DNA of 40,895 nucleotides, taken from a bacterium (GTDB taxonomy: Bacteria; UBA10199; 2-02-FULL-44-16; DYJF01). The stretch covers positions 1 through 40,895 of the forward strand of contig JBGSNL010000005.1 in NCBI GenBank assembly GCA_041739675.1, written 5' to 3'. Positions 1 to 9,886 of this stretch are shown here, one piece after another. The notes beneath the pieces were generated by a model. That model had not been told where the DNA came from and searched no databases. It saw only the letters and a list, made by a program, of their open reading frames with translations. The stretch's first letter is position 1. Each line of letters opens with the position of its first letter. Made by a program: the position numbers and the translations under genes.

Positions 1-1
1 A

Positions 2-217
2 AATTATGTCAAATACGGCATCGTTTGCCAAAAGACCGGAGAGTCGAGAATAATTTTTGCTGATGACGGATATCTTTCGCAATTCGTGAAGACGAACGCG
101 CTCGATCATCCGGTTCTTGCAGAGGGTAAGCTGGTCGATGGCGGCCGGATTACAGGTCTGCCGGCGGGATTCGTGTTCGTCATCGATTCGCTGAAACTTC
201 AAGAGGGGGTCTATTGA
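2..217 (+). CDS. Partial CDS (C-terminal ~71 aa, runs off the window start), unknown function
   Basis: Frame open from base 2 (NYVKYGIVCQK...LKLQEGVY*); its TGA overlaps the next ATG (TGATG), typical of translational coupling. Confidence 0.6.
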   Translation, partial: NYVKYGIVCQKTGESRIIFADDGYLSQFVKTNALDHPVLAEGKLVDGGRITGLPAGFVFVIDSLKLQEGVY

Positions 218-705
218 TGTTTATTCTCAAGACGATTGTTTGGGGTTCGATTTTCTTGTTCATCGCGCTTCTCGTCGGCCCGTGGCTGGCACTCCAGTTC
301 GACGCGAGCTTTCCCCATTTTCATATCGGCCCCTATAAATACATAGGTGCGGTTGTCTCGGGGATCGGTTTTCTGTTTGCGATATACTGCGCGGCGATTC
401 TTTTCGTTCCGGGAAAAAGCCGCCCCGCGCCCTACGACGCAGGCGGGACCTTCACCATCGCCGGCCCATACAGATACGTGAGAAACCCATTCATGCTGGG
501 GGTCATTGTTGCACTCTGGGGCGAGGCGATTTTTATGGAGCGCCTCGCGATGATCGTCTACGCACTCATCCTCACGTGGGTCATACACTTCTGGGTCGTA
601 TTCTTTGAAGAGCCCGCGTTGGAGGAAAGGTTCGGCGACGAATACGACACCTACAGAAAAGCCGTGCCGCGCTGGTTTCCGCGCTTGAACCACTACGAAG
701 GATGA
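217..705 (+). CDS. Isoprenylcysteine carboxyl methyltransferase / PEMT family membrane protein
   Basis: Hydrophobic helices, GPYRYVRNP motif, EEPALEERFGDEY..Y...VPRW C-terminus; GAGGGGG upstream of ATG 217. Confidence 0.85.
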   Translation: MFILKTIVWGSIFLFIALLVGPWLALQFDASFPHFHIGPYKYIGAVVSGIGFLFAIYCAAILFVPGKSRPAPYDAGGTFTIAGPYRYVRNPFMLGVIVALWGEAIFMERLAMIVYALILTWVIHFWVVFFEEPALEERFGDEYDTYRKAVPRWFPRLNHYEG

Positions 706-707
706 TT

Positions 708-1193
708 TCAGTACTGGTCGACCACCGGTGGCAGCGGTGCAACCTGTGGCTTTTCGCCCGTGATTAAAGCCCTCAGTTCCTCGACTTTTCCCATCCAATA
801 CTGATCCGAACGAAGAAGCGATTCGGCCTTGTCCAAAAGACCGGCGGCCGTATTTTGCTCTCCCAGATAATGATCGGTCAGCGCCAGATAATAGTAGGCG
901 ACACCGTTAGACGGATCGACGTTTGCCGCATCCTGAAATAATTGCAGGGCTTGATCGTAGTTTTTTGCGTCGAGAGACGTCTTTCCCTTATCGACGAGCC
1001 TGTCGGAGGCCTTTCTCTGAGGCGTTAAAACCTGCGAGGGCTGGCCGGGCCTTGTCACCTCTTTGGGTTTTTCGCGCACCTCACCCTGCTTGGGAGGTTT
1101 TTTCACCGGCGGTTTTTTCGCCGCAGGCGGGCAGGCGGTGAATGTGAATAAAATCAGGAAAAGAAATATGAGAGTTCTAATAGGTTTCGACAT
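708..1193 (-). CDS. TPR-domain lipoprotein, LpoP-like candidate PBP1B activator
   Basis: Likely start MSKPIRTLIFLFLILFTFTAC (lipobox Cys), Pro/Lys-rich linker, TPR helices (ALQLFQDAANVDPSNGVAYYYLA); overlaps the 3' end of mrcB. Confidence 0.75.
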   Translation of the reverse strand: MSKPIRTLIFLFLILFTFTACPPAAKKPPVKKPPKQGEVREKPKEVTRPGQPSQVLTPQRKASDRLVDKGKTSLDAKNYDQALQLFQDAANVDPSNGVAYYYLALTDHYLGEQNTAAGLLDKAESLLRSDQYWMGKVEELRALITGEKPQVAPLPPVVDQY

Positions 1194-3531
1194 CTGACGC
1201 TTTATCGGTTTTGTCGCAGTGTTCGGTGGGCTCTGTTCCCTCAATGAAGGCCTCCTCGATATCGTCAGGACATTTGCTGTTCGCAAGTTTTCCGGACTCC
1301 TTATCGATTTTTACCAGAACGATGTCGGGAGGTGAAGGAAAATCTTGAACCGACGGAGGTGCCATTTCTTTCATGAAATCCACCCACATGGGAAGCGCCG
1401 CGCGCGCGCCGCTCATATTCATCACCGCGTTGTCGTCGTAACCGACCCACGTCAGGGCCAGGAAGTTGGGAGTGAACCCCACGAACCACGCGTCTTTGTA
1501 ATTGGAGGTGGTTCCCGTTTTTCCAGCGGCAATTCCGTCAAACCCCATCGCCCGGGCAGACGCCGCAGTGCCGTGATCCACCACCCCCTTCATTATATTG
1601 GTGGTCAGATAGACCGGTTGCGCATCGAAGACGCGTCCCATCTTGATCGTTTTGTTTTCAAGAACTTCGCCCTTGGAGGTGACTACGTTCATTATAGATA
1701 TAGGCTCAGCAAATATTCCACCGTTAGGAAAGACCGTGTACGCCGCCGCGAGTTCGATCGGTATCACTTCAAATGCGCCCAACGCGAGAGAAGGGACGGC
1801 ATCGATGGGCGTTGAAATACCCGCCTTCTTTGCCGTCTCGACAACGTTTTCAAGCCCCGCGTCTATCGCGATCTTGGATGTGGCGATATTGAGGCTTTGC
1901 TCAAGTGCTGCACGGAGCGTGACCGTGCCGTGTTCTTTTTTGTCGTAATTTTTGGGCGACCATTCTTTGCCGCCGGATTCCACGCTGAATGATGAGTCGT
2001 CCACGGTAGACGCCGGCGTGAAGGATGTCTTGCTCATGCGCGGATCGAGCGCGGTCAGATAAACAAACGGTTTGAACGCGGAACCGGGCTGGCGTTTCGC
2101 TTGTGTGGCGCGGTTGAACTGGCTGTCCTGATAGCTCCTGCCGCCGACCAGTGCGCGGAGATAACCGTTGCCGGGTTGCATGGCGATGAGCACACCCTGC
2201 AGCGGCTCCGCATGATCCTTGGGAAGAACGCTCGCGTTTGCCTTCTCGAGTTTTTCAAGATCTCTTGTGACAACACCTTCGGCTGCGAGCTGGGCGGACA
2301 TGTCGAGCGTTGTGAAGATGCGCAAGCCTTCGCTCTGCAAAATTTCCTGAGGGTAAAGGACGGCAAGCTGCTGCTTCACAAAATCGATGAAGTATGGCGC
2401 GCGTCCCACACGCACGACGGGTTTTGGGGAGATGATTGGCTCCACCTTCGCTTTCTCATACTCGTCCTTATTTATGAGCTCCGCGTCGAAGAGGCGCTTC
2501 AAAACAAAATTGCGGCGCGCCACCGCGTTATCTTTATGCTTCAAGGGATTATATTCGTTGGGAATGCGAATCATGCCTGCCAGAAGCGCGCACTCGCCAA
2601 TGGAGAGCTGGTTCACATTCTTGCCGAAATAATATTTTGCCGCCTCGGCCACGCCCGAAACCGAAGAAGCCCCCCTTTGCCCCAGATATATCTCGTTCAG
2701 ATACGCTTCTAAAATCTCGCCTTTTGTGTGATGCCTTTCGATTTCGATGGCGATGAGCATCTCGTTTAATTTTCTCAAGATCGATTTTTTAGGATACAGA
2801 AAGAAATTTTTGACGAGCTGCTGCGTGAGCGTTGATCCGCCCTGGGCGATCCGCATCGCGCGGACATTCGCACCCATGGCGCGCAGGATCCCTATCGGAT
2901 CTACGCCGCGATGTTTGAAGAAGCGCTCGTCCTCGATGAGAACGATTGATTCGATGAGGGCCGGAGGAACGTCTTTGAGCGTCACGACAGTGCGGTCCTC
3001 CATGCGCTCGTCGAATATCGACGATATCTCTTCGGGCTCCAGCTTCATGACCGATAGAGATTCTTTATCGGCAAGATTCGTGATGTCGGTTATTACGGTT
3101 CCCTCAAGCGACAACCTGACCGGAAACCCTTTGAACTCCTCATGAGGATATGAAAAATCGTGAAGATAGATATCGATTTGATTGGGAAGCTGCGCGTAAT
3201 CACCGGGGCCGGAAATAGCTGTGCCAACATTCCGGTAGCCAAGGCGGTCAAGTTTATCTATCAATTTGCGTTTTAGAGTGTCGACGCCGGGATAAAAATA
3301 ATCCGCATCCGATAGGACCCGGGAGGGAAGGTTCCATTTGCGGGGCTGATCGAATTTTTCTTCGATCATCTTGTCCAAGCGGCCCAGATAGTACCAGATT
3401 GAAACGGCCGCGATAATGAAAACGACGACGGCGATCTTCAGGACTCGCCAGAAGAGCCTCGCCTTTTCACGGAACGTCCTTCCTCGCTTCTTCTCTTTTT
3501 TCTCTTTACGGTATTTTGAACGTATCGGCAT
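1177..3531 (-). CDS. mrcB: Class A penicillin-binding protein 1B (transglycosylase/transpeptidase, UB2H-like insert)
   Basis: Basic N-tail plus TM; EDERFFKHRG and GGSTLTQQLVKN transglycosylase motifs; SAFK, SLN and KTGT transpeptidase motifs; extra domain before the TG domain. Confidence 0.92.
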   Translation of the reverse strand: MPIRSKYRKEKKEKKRGRTFREKARLFWRVLKIAVVVFIIAAVSIWYYLGRLDKMIEEKFDQPRKWNLPSRVLSDADYFYPGVDTLKRKLIDKLDRLGYRNVGTAISGPGDYAQLPNQIDIYLHDFSYPHEEFKGFPVRLSLEGTVITDITNLADKESLSVMKLEPEEISSIFDERMEDRTVVTLKDVPPALIESIVLIEDERFFKHRGVDPIGILRAMGANVRAMRIAQGGSTLTQQLVKNFFLYPKKSILRKLNEMLIAIEIERHHTKGEILEAYLNEIYLGQRGASSVSGVAEAAKYYFGKNVNQLSIGECALLAGMIRIPNEYNPLKHKDNAVARRNFVLKRLFDAELINKDEYEKAKVEPIISPKPVVRVGRAPYFIDFVKQQLAVLYPQEILQSEGLRIFTTLDMSAQLAAEGVVTRDLEKLEKANASVLPKDHAEPLQGVLIAMQPGNGYLRALVGGRSYQDSQFNRATQAKRQPGSAFKPFVYLTALDPRMSKTSFTPASTVDDSSFSVESGGKEWSPKNYDKKEHGTVTLRAALEQSLNIATSKIAIDAGLENVVETAKKAGISTPIDAVPSLALGAFEVIPIELAAAYTVFPNGGIFAEPISIMNVVTSKGEVLENKTIKMGRVFDAQPVYLTTNIMKGVVDHGTAASARAMGFDGIAAGKTGTTSNYKDAWFVGFTPNFLALTWVGYDDNAVMNMSGARAALPMWVDFMKEMAPPSVQDFPSPPDIVLVKIDKESGKLANSKCPDDIEEAFIEGTEPTEHCDKTDKASDVETY

Positions 3532-3535
3532 TTTG

Positions 3536-3625
<90 letters not shown>

Positions 3626-3692
3626 GGCTTGATTTGATCTGGTACCAGATTTTCCCGCTTCGCTCAATAGCTAATAAAACGGGCTGAAACGA

Positions 3693-3721
3693 TTGCCAGA
3701 TGCGGTGTTGCGATGTATAAT
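3693..3721 (+). promoter_or_regulatory. sigma70-type promoter for the IPT/TIG gene
   Basis: TTGCCA-17 nt-TATAAT; AGGAG SD before ATG 3761. Confidence 0.7.
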
Positions 3722-3760
3722 GATGCCGTGATTGGCATTTAATTTGACACAGGAGAGCAT

Positions 3761-5554
3761 ATGAAAAAGGTCATGTTTCTTATGTCTTTGTTGTTTGGAA
3801 TCGTTCTTTTCGCCCCCCTGTCAAGCGCGCAGGAAATTTACAGTGTTTACACTGCTCCGCCTGGAAGCAGAAATGACGGACCCACAGGTTCCATTATGCA
3901 AATACTGGGTTCGAATATATTGCCAAGGACAGATGCGAAGCACCTTGTGATGGCTTTTACAAGTGCAGACATTCCCGTCTCGCCGCTTCCTTTTGTCATG
4001 GAGCTGGAAGTAATCTCCTGGTCGGACGCGATGATCGTTGCGCGCATTCCCGGTTTCGATACGGCATCATTCAGGGACGTCCCCTATGGAGCGCCCTATG
4101 ATATGACAGGAAGATTGCCTGAAGAGACCGTGGCTTATTTTGACGGGCACAGCGTGCCGGGCCTCGTCAAAATATTGGTTGAAGAGGACCGTGTAATAAG
4201 CAATTACGGAAACTCCAGGCAATTCACGATAACGCCGTCGACCGACATGCCTGCCATTAACAGACTGTCGGCGTCTGCGAGACACGCGGGTGACGGGCTT
4301 TGGATATTCGGAAGCAATTTTGGAACCGAAGCTGGCGAGGTAATTTTTAAGGATAGCTCGGGGGCCGACACCGTTATCACGCCCAGCGGTTGGAGCACAA
4401 CCGATACGACGATCCGGATCCCCGATGCAATGAGAGCCGGCACGTATTCTATTTTTGTGAGACGAATAAATAGAGAGGGCACGGCGACAAATGACAGCGA
4501 ACCTAAGGCTATAAATATAGAACCTTCGGAAGCGACATCGATGACGATCGCATCGCCGTCTCCTTCGACATTGATATTCATACCGCCGGAATTGCCGGTG
4601 TGCGCGGCTGTCGAATCGCTTCCCGAAGAACCCGCGCCGGCGCCCGGTATATTAAGCGGCATTGCCGATAAGCTGTGTCCCTTCTTCAGCAGGATAGAAA
4701 TTACGAATGCGTATCCGCATCGCGGACCTCCGGGAACTTTTGTCGAACTCACGGGAAAATGTTTGGGAAGTACCCAGGGAGACTACTTCATAGCAATCTC
4801 GGGTGAAGGGATCGCGGGCGACAGGATAAAAGCTGATGTGATAAGATGGTCCGGTAATAAAGTCATTATCAGGGTTCCCGGTCCGGAGATGATTGAGACG
4901 CTACCCACCGGCGAAGAGACGATATTGACAGAAAGCGACGGCTCGCCCCGCCTATATTATGATGCGGGCGGCGCTTCGTTGCCGGTTAAACTTGAGTTGA
5001 GAAAGGGTGTCGGCGTGCTCGGCAAGGCCGACTTCACAATAACGCCGTATCCGTCAGCCGCCAGTCCGATACTTTGTAGAACGGCGCCGAAACAAGTTGT
5101 CAAGGGCAGCTGTTTCGAGATTTTCGGAGGCGGGTTTAACGAAGAGAGTTCCGACAAATTTGTTTTCTTTGAAAGTGAAGAGCTTGGGACCGTTTCGGCC
5201 CACGTTGATCTGTGGTCGTCGACGATGATCACCGCATGCACGCACGATATCATGGGAGTCGGAGCGTACAAGGTTTTATTCACGAAAAAATCCGCGGGAG
5301 AAAGCGAGTGGCGCGTAAGTAACAAACTGGATATCAATGTATTGGAGAGACTTACGACTATGCCTATGGAAATGCAAATCAAGTCACGTCCTCCTAGAGT
5401 GGAGGTGGCGCCGACGGCGCCGCAAGAAATGCAGATGCAGACAAAGCCGCCGAGGCTTGAGATTAAGCCCTACTATGCGCCTGTGCAGCCGATGGGTGTT
5501 GGAGACGGGTCAAAAAAGAAGAATGGTGATTCGAGTACGATAAAAAATAAATAG
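3761..5554 (+). CDS. Secreted protein with about four IPT/TIG-like domains
   Basis: Signal peptide (...PLSSA-Q); four repeats of a G..h.I.G.NF...W(S)...I...P pattern; short C-terminal duplicated peptide. Confidence 0.75.
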   Translation: MKKVMFLMSLLFGIVLFAPLSSAQEIYSVYTAPPGSRNDGPTGSIMQILGSNILPRTDAKHLVMAFTSADIPVSPLPFVMELEVISWSDAMIVARIPGFDTASFRDVPYGAPYDMTGRLPEETVAYFDGHSVPGLVKILVEEDRVISNYGNSRQFTITPSTDMPAINRLSASARHAGDGLWIFGSNFGTEAGEVIFKDSSGADTVITPSGWSTTDTTIRIPDAMRAGTYSIFVRRINREGTATNDSEPKAINIEPSEATSMTIASPSPSTLIFIPPELPVCAAVESLPEEPAPAPGILSGIADKLCPFFSRIEITNAYPHRGPPGTFVELTGKCLGSTQGDYFIAISGEGIAGDRIKADVIRWSGNKVIIRVPGPEMIETLPTGEETILTESDGSPRLYYDAGGASLPVKLELRKGVGVLGKADFTITPYPSAASPILCRTAPKQVVKGSCFEIFGGGFNEESSDKFVFFESEELGTVSAHVDLWSSTMITACTHDIMGVGAYKVLFTKKSAGESEWRVSNKLDINVLERLTTMPMEMQIKSRPPRVEVAPTAPQEMQMQTKPPRLEIKPYYAPVQPMGVGDGSKKKNGDSSTIKNK

Positions 5555-5560
5555 ACCGTT

Positions 5561-7174
5561 TCAATTACGTACGCTTTGTAGTTCTCTGAAGGATGTGAAT
5601 TTAACACCGGCCTTGATTGCAAAGTCAACGAGGCCGGTGTCGTTTAATATTTTTATCTCTTCTTCGCGCTCGGCATTATATGAATCCCCGTTTTCAGATT
5701 CGTAACCCGGATGAACCATAATTTCAGAGATGCCGGGCGGAAGTTTTGAAATGGTATTGAGCCATCTCTTTTTTAGATCGGCTCCCGCGCCCAGCGAAAA
5801 TCCGCCGAAGTGATCCGTGCTTAAAAAACCACGCCCGCGCCAATATGCGGGGCGCGAAGCGGCAAACGATTTCACCGCCCACTTTCTCACCAGGGCCTTG
5901 TGCCACGGGGACCATGAGCCTTCATGCGGGGATCTCACAAAACGGATTTCGAATTCCCTTGCGACCTTTTCCGCCGCGCCCCTGACTACCGGAAACGTGT
6001 GGACGTGGTGATGACCGTCCATATGGCTGATATCGGGCCACCTCTTTGCCAGCTTTTCACACTGGGCATAGAGTTCGCGGTAAACTTCGTCGGAGGAAAT
6101 TTTGCGGAAGAGCGCGCGCTTCAAAAGCTGCGCCCTTGGCAGAAAGTTTCCTTCCCGGTCAACAAGCGTGGGAACATCTTTCGGATCCAGAACGGGGCGC
6201 CCCCATGTGAGTGTGGCATGAAAGCCGACATCAGGATGCGCGTGAAGTGCCACAATCTCGTCCATTGCCTTGTCAAAGTCCGGCGAATTGGCCATGGCGC
6301 TTGTCGAGAGAACGGCACCCGCACTGCACGCCTTGAGTATCCCGCGGCTGATTGGAAGGGTCATCCCGTAATCGTCCGCGTTGAGGACGAGTTTTTTTGC
6401 CCCGCCTTTTTCAGGAAGCTTGTAGCGTTTCGAAAGATGATTGATGCGAACTCTGAAAACGTCTCTTGCCATCTGCAACCCGTCCTTCAAAAAGATGACT
6501 GTCGTCGGTTCGTTGAAGTAGCGATATTCAACCGCAACTTCTCTGATCGAGCATCCCATCTTCTCGGCGAGATAGAGCGCTTCGACATCGAATGGGAATC
6601 CGCGAACGATCTGGCGCGAAAAAATTTCTTTGGCGATATCCGCCCTGAAACCCTTCAACCCCGCCTGCGAATCGCGGCAGTGAGGAATTATCGTGCGGCG
6701 CATGAGCCAGTTTATAAGGCGGCTGGCAAGATGGCGCGTGTAGAGATAATGAAAAAATGCGGGGCTTATAGTGTAACGGGAATCCGGATCGACCCTGCAC
6801 GCGACTGCGACGTCGGCGCCGTCTTCGAGCGCTTCAACAATGCGAAGAACCTGCGAGGGTGGGTATGCAAGATCGACATCCAAGAAGACGCGGTATTTTC
6901 CGGAGGCCTTGAGCATTCCGGTGGCGACCGCCGCGCCTTTGCCGCGGTTTTTTTCGTGCGGGATGAACAAAGCGGCATAGGGTTTTTCGCGCGCCATCCA
7001 ATCCGCGATTATTTTTCTGGAATCATCTTTGCTGCCGTCGTCTACGAGAACGAGCTCGGAGCCGAACGCAAGCTGACGCATAAACTCATCCAACTGGGTG
7101 AGCGATTGGGCAAGCGAGGCCCCTGCGTTGTACACGGGAACAATAACCGAGAGATGTGCGGCCGTTTTTTCCAT
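5561..7174 (-). CDS. Fusion of a GT2 polyprenyl-phosphate glycosyltransferase and a YdjC/ChbG-family deacetylase
   Basis: N-terminal SVIVPVYN, VDDGSKD, NRGKG, FLDVD, DSQAGLKGF, FDVE; C-terminal NADDYG, HATLT, HMDGHHHVH, EIMVHPG. Confidence 0.88.
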   Translation of the reverse strand: MEKTAAHLSVIVPVYNAGASLAQSLTQLDEFMRQLAFGSELVLVDDGSKDDSRKIIADWMAREKPYAALFIPHEKNRGKGAAVATGMLKASGKYRVFLDVDLAYPPSQVLRIVEALEDGADVAVACRVDPDSRYTISPAFFHYLYTRHLASRLINWLMRRTIIPHCRDSQAGLKGFRADIAKEIFSRQIVRGFPFDVEALYLAEKMGCSIREVAVEYRYFNEPTTVIFLKDGLQMARDVFRVRINHLSKRYKLPEKGGAKKLVLNADDYGMTLPISRGILKACSAGAVLSTSAMANSPDFDKAMDEIVALHAHPDVGFHATLTWGRPVLDPKDVPTLVDREGNFLPRAQLLKRALFRKISSDEVYRELYAQCEKLAKRWPDISHMDGHHHVHTFPVVRGAAEKVAREFEIRFVRSPHEGSWSPWHKALVRKWAVKSFAASRPAYWRGRGFLSTDHFGGFSLGAGADLKKRWLNTISKLPPGISEIMVHPGYESENGDSYNAEREEEIKILNDTGLVDFAIKAGVKFTSFRELQSVRN

Positions 7175-7215
7175 GCAGGGCGCATCTATAGCTCAATGAA
7201 ATAGAAAGGCAATGA

Positions 7216-8772
7216 TCAATCCACGCGGCGGTAAAAGAGCGCGCCGCCTACGTTTGCCTCTTCGCGGTAGTTCTTCTTCAGATATTCCCGGAGGGCGGGG
7301 TATCTTGTTGCCGGAAAATCCTTGTAATCATGGAGGTTTGCTGGGGCCGTGTCTATAAAATATACGGGGCGGTTTTTTTCTATGTCAGAGAGAAACATCT
7401 CCCACGCCTTAGGCATCGCGTATTTTTCCGCGTCATTCTGTTCGCCTTTGTGGCCCGGAACCCTTCCGGTCAGGACGTCGCTCCAGAAGAAGCGCGTCGC
7501 AGGCAACCTTTGCGATTCCCAGTAGATCATCGGCGCAAAACCCCACGCTATAATTTTGTCGCCGGGCTCGGTGCGTTCCGCAGCGTACTGCGCAAGCGGT
7601 TTGTAATCGGAGAGATTGTCTTCATGAAACGTGCGGTTGATCTCCGGTATGAAGAACCGCGCTGTGAGAAAACCGGCGGCGGGCAGGGCGATCCAGAAGA
7701 CGATAAGAATCTTGGGCCACGCGCGCGAAGGACTCAACCAGACCGAATCGGCAATTTTAGACGAGAGCACCGACATCGCCGGAATAAGTAAAAGAAAATA
7801 GTGGCCGTAGAATCTGAAACCCGTGAAGACGGGCACGATGCTCAAAACGAACCACAAGACGATGAGCCACTCCTGAGCTGTTTTTAGCGCCCCCTCCGTT
7901 TCATTGCGTCCTTTTCTGAAAAGAAGAATTATGCAGATCGCGGACAAAACCCAGATGAGCGCCGTGCTTGCGACATAGGGCAGCACGCGGGCGGAAATTT
8001 GATGAAGAAAATTGATGCTGGCAGTGCCTTCGCTTATGTATTGCGCGTTGCCCGTGACGTTCCAGAAGAGAAAATCGTCCAGCGCGCCGGCGTATGCGAG
8101 ATACGCTATCATTATAATAGGCGGAATTGCGGCACCCAAAACGAAACGCGCAAACCCCTTCCAGCATTCCGCGTATCGCACATTTTTCAGAGAGACAGGT
8201 TTTACGATTCCAAGATATAAGATGAAAATGACGAGATTCATCCCCGCCTGATATTTGAAAAGACACGCCGTGGAAAAAGCGAGGCCGGATGCGACGGCGA
8301 ATTTCGTTTTATTTTCATTCTCAAATTTTAGCCACCAGTAAAACTGCAGGCAGACGGGCAGAAGCATCACGATCTCTATTTCCGTCGCGATGAGTTTGGG
8401 TATGTAGGCGGTTGTAAAGACGACGTAGAAGAGCGCCGCCCAGAACCCGGCGCTTCTTGAATAGAGAGCGGAGGCGATGAGGTAAATGACGTACGCGGTT
8501 AGCGCCACGATTATTATCGTCGCCGCGTGGACCGCTATCATATTGAATTTTCCAAAAATTGAGAAGATGAGGCCGTAGAAGAGATAAATCCCCAAGGGTT
8601 TCGTCTCTACGGCGTCGAGATACGGAATTCCGCCATCGAACCAGATGCGCGCAAAAAGCCCGTATATCGCCTCGTCAACGTCTAGCACAGGGTGAAGAAG
8701 CGCTGGCAGACGGACCGCTATGAGAATCACGGCCAACAGAACTGCGTAGATTAGCGGACGAGAGCTTTTCAT
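7216..8772 (-). CDS. ArnT/PMT-like (GT-C) polytopic membrane glycosyltransferase
   Basis: DVDEAIY in first loop, PY.D..E.KPLG, ~11 TM segments, periplasmic C-terminal domain; start taken at MKSSRPL (alternative GTG 8799). Confidence 0.82.
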   Translation of the reverse strand: MKSSRPLIYAVLLAVILIAVRLPALLHPVLDVDEAIYGLFARIWFDGGIPYLDAVETKPLGIYLFYGLIFSIFGKFNMIAVHAATIIIVALTAYVIYLIASALYSRSAGFWAALFYVVFTTAYIPKLIATEIEIVMLLPVCLQFYWWLKFENENKTKFAVASGLAFSTACLFKYQAGMNLVIFILYLGIVKPVSLKNVRYAECWKGFARFVLGAAIPPIIMIAYLAYAGALDDFLFWNVTGNAQYISEGTASINFLHQISARVLPYVASTALIWVLSAICIILLFRKGRNETEGALKTAQEWLIVLWFVLSIVPVFTGFRFYGHYFLLLIPAMSVLSSKIADSVWLSPSRAWPKILIVFWIALPAAGFLTARFFIPEINRTFHEDNLSDYKPLAQYAAERTEPGDKIIAWGFAPMIYWESQRLPATRFFWSDVLTGRVPGHKGEQNDAEKYAMPKAWEMFLSDIEKNRPVYFIDTAPANLHDYKDFPATRYPALREYLKKNYREEANVGGALFYRRVD

Positions 8773-8871
8773 GGTTAGAACCTTTTTTAGATCGTGCACA
8801 CCTAAACACGGATTCCTTACGCATTTCCAGAAGAAAATATCGCGGCTCCGGGCCCGTTTTAAAGCGGCGAC

Positions 8872-8898
8872 GTTGCACTTTACAAATCGCGTAAGTCA
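8872..8898 (+). repeat. 27-bp direct repeat, copy 1 (upstream of the YjhP-like gene)
   Basis: GTTGCACTTTACAAATCGCGTAAGTCA; 26/27 identical to 9841-9867. Confidence 0.9.
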
Positions 8899-8981
8899 TT
8901 ATACCTAAAAAACAAATATTGAAGAAGTGGCCGAATGACCGAATGGCCGATTCCAACTGACTGCTAAGAAGATTTTTCGAA

Positions 8982-9728
8982 ATGGACATTCCACGGATTT
9001 TCAACATCACCGAAAGTGCTCACCGCATCCATGACCCGCTCACACCCGAAAAGCTCGCCACTCTCGGCGGGGCGCTGCGTCTGGAAACGGGAATCCGAGT
9101 GCTCGACCTCGGCAGCGGTTCGGGGGAGATGCTGTGCACCTGGGCGCGCGATTACGGAATCATCGGCACCGGCATCGACATGAGCCAGTTGTTCACCGAG
9201 CAAGCGAAACTGCGTGCCGAAGAACTCGGCGTCGCCGATCAAGTCAAGTTCATCCATGGCGATGCTGCGGGCTACGTCTCTGACGAGAAGGTCGGTGTGG
9301 CGGCCTGTGTCGGTGCCACTTGGATCGGCGGGGGAGTCGTCGGCACTATCAAGCTTCTGGCGCGGAGCCTCAGCACCGGAGGGATCATCCTCATCGGCGA
9401 GCCCTACTGGCGGCAGTTACCGCCGACGGAAGATGTCGCCAAGGGGTGTCTTGCCAACTCAATCTCAGACTTTCTCATGCTTCCAGAACTTATCGCGTCT
9501 TTCGGCCGCCTTGGTTACGACGTCGTTGAAATGGTTCTGGCTGATCAAGACGATTGGGACAGATACGAGGCGGCCAAATGGCTCACCATGCGCCGTTGGC
9601 TTGAAGCAAATCCCAATGACGAGTTAGCGAAAGATGTTCGAGCCAAACTGACCTCGGAACCCAAGCGCTACGCCGCTTACACGCGTGAATATCTGGGCTG
9701 GGGGGTGTTCGCGCTGATGCCGCGGTGA
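8982..9728 (+). CDS. Class I SAM-dependent methyltransferase, YjhP-like
   Basis: VLDLGSGSG motif I; full-length resemblance to E. coli YjhP (MDIPRIF...GEPYW...WDRYEAAKWLTMRRWL...GWGVFAL), recognised from memory. Confidence 0.9.
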   Translation: MDIPRIFNITESAHRIHDPLTPEKLATLGGALRLETGIRVLDLGSGSGEMLCTWARDYGIIGTGIDMSQLFTEQAKLRAEELGVADQVKFIHGDAAGYVSDEKVGVAACVGATWIGGGVVGTIKLLARSLSTGGIILIGEPYWRQLPPTEDVAKGCLANSISDFLMLPELIASFGRLGYDVVEMVLADQDDWDRYEAAKWLTMRRWLEANPNDELAKDVRAKLTSEPKRYAAYTREYLGWGVFALMPR

Positions 9729-9840
9729 TTCGTTGGCGGAATCCCGGGGACACTACACTTAACAAGGACGATTTAATAAAGGCGATTGAGGGCCATAGCT
9801 GACGCAGATACCAGTTATCCCGCTGTCTTTATCTGGACTA

Positions 9841-9867
9841 GTTGCACTTTACAAATCGCCTAAGTCA
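9841..9867 (+). repeat. 27-bp direct repeat, copy 2 (upstream of the GIY-YIG gene)
   Basis: GTTGCACTTTACAAATCGCCTAAGTCA. Confidence 0.9.
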
Positions 9868-9886
9868 CTGTAGTTACAGGTAAAAT

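Noticed and set aside
5924..7204. 426-aa plus-strand ORF (likewise 12074-13096, 14562-15503, 18415-19347, 211-798)
   Set aside because: Antisense shadows of well-supported genes, with no recognisable motifs
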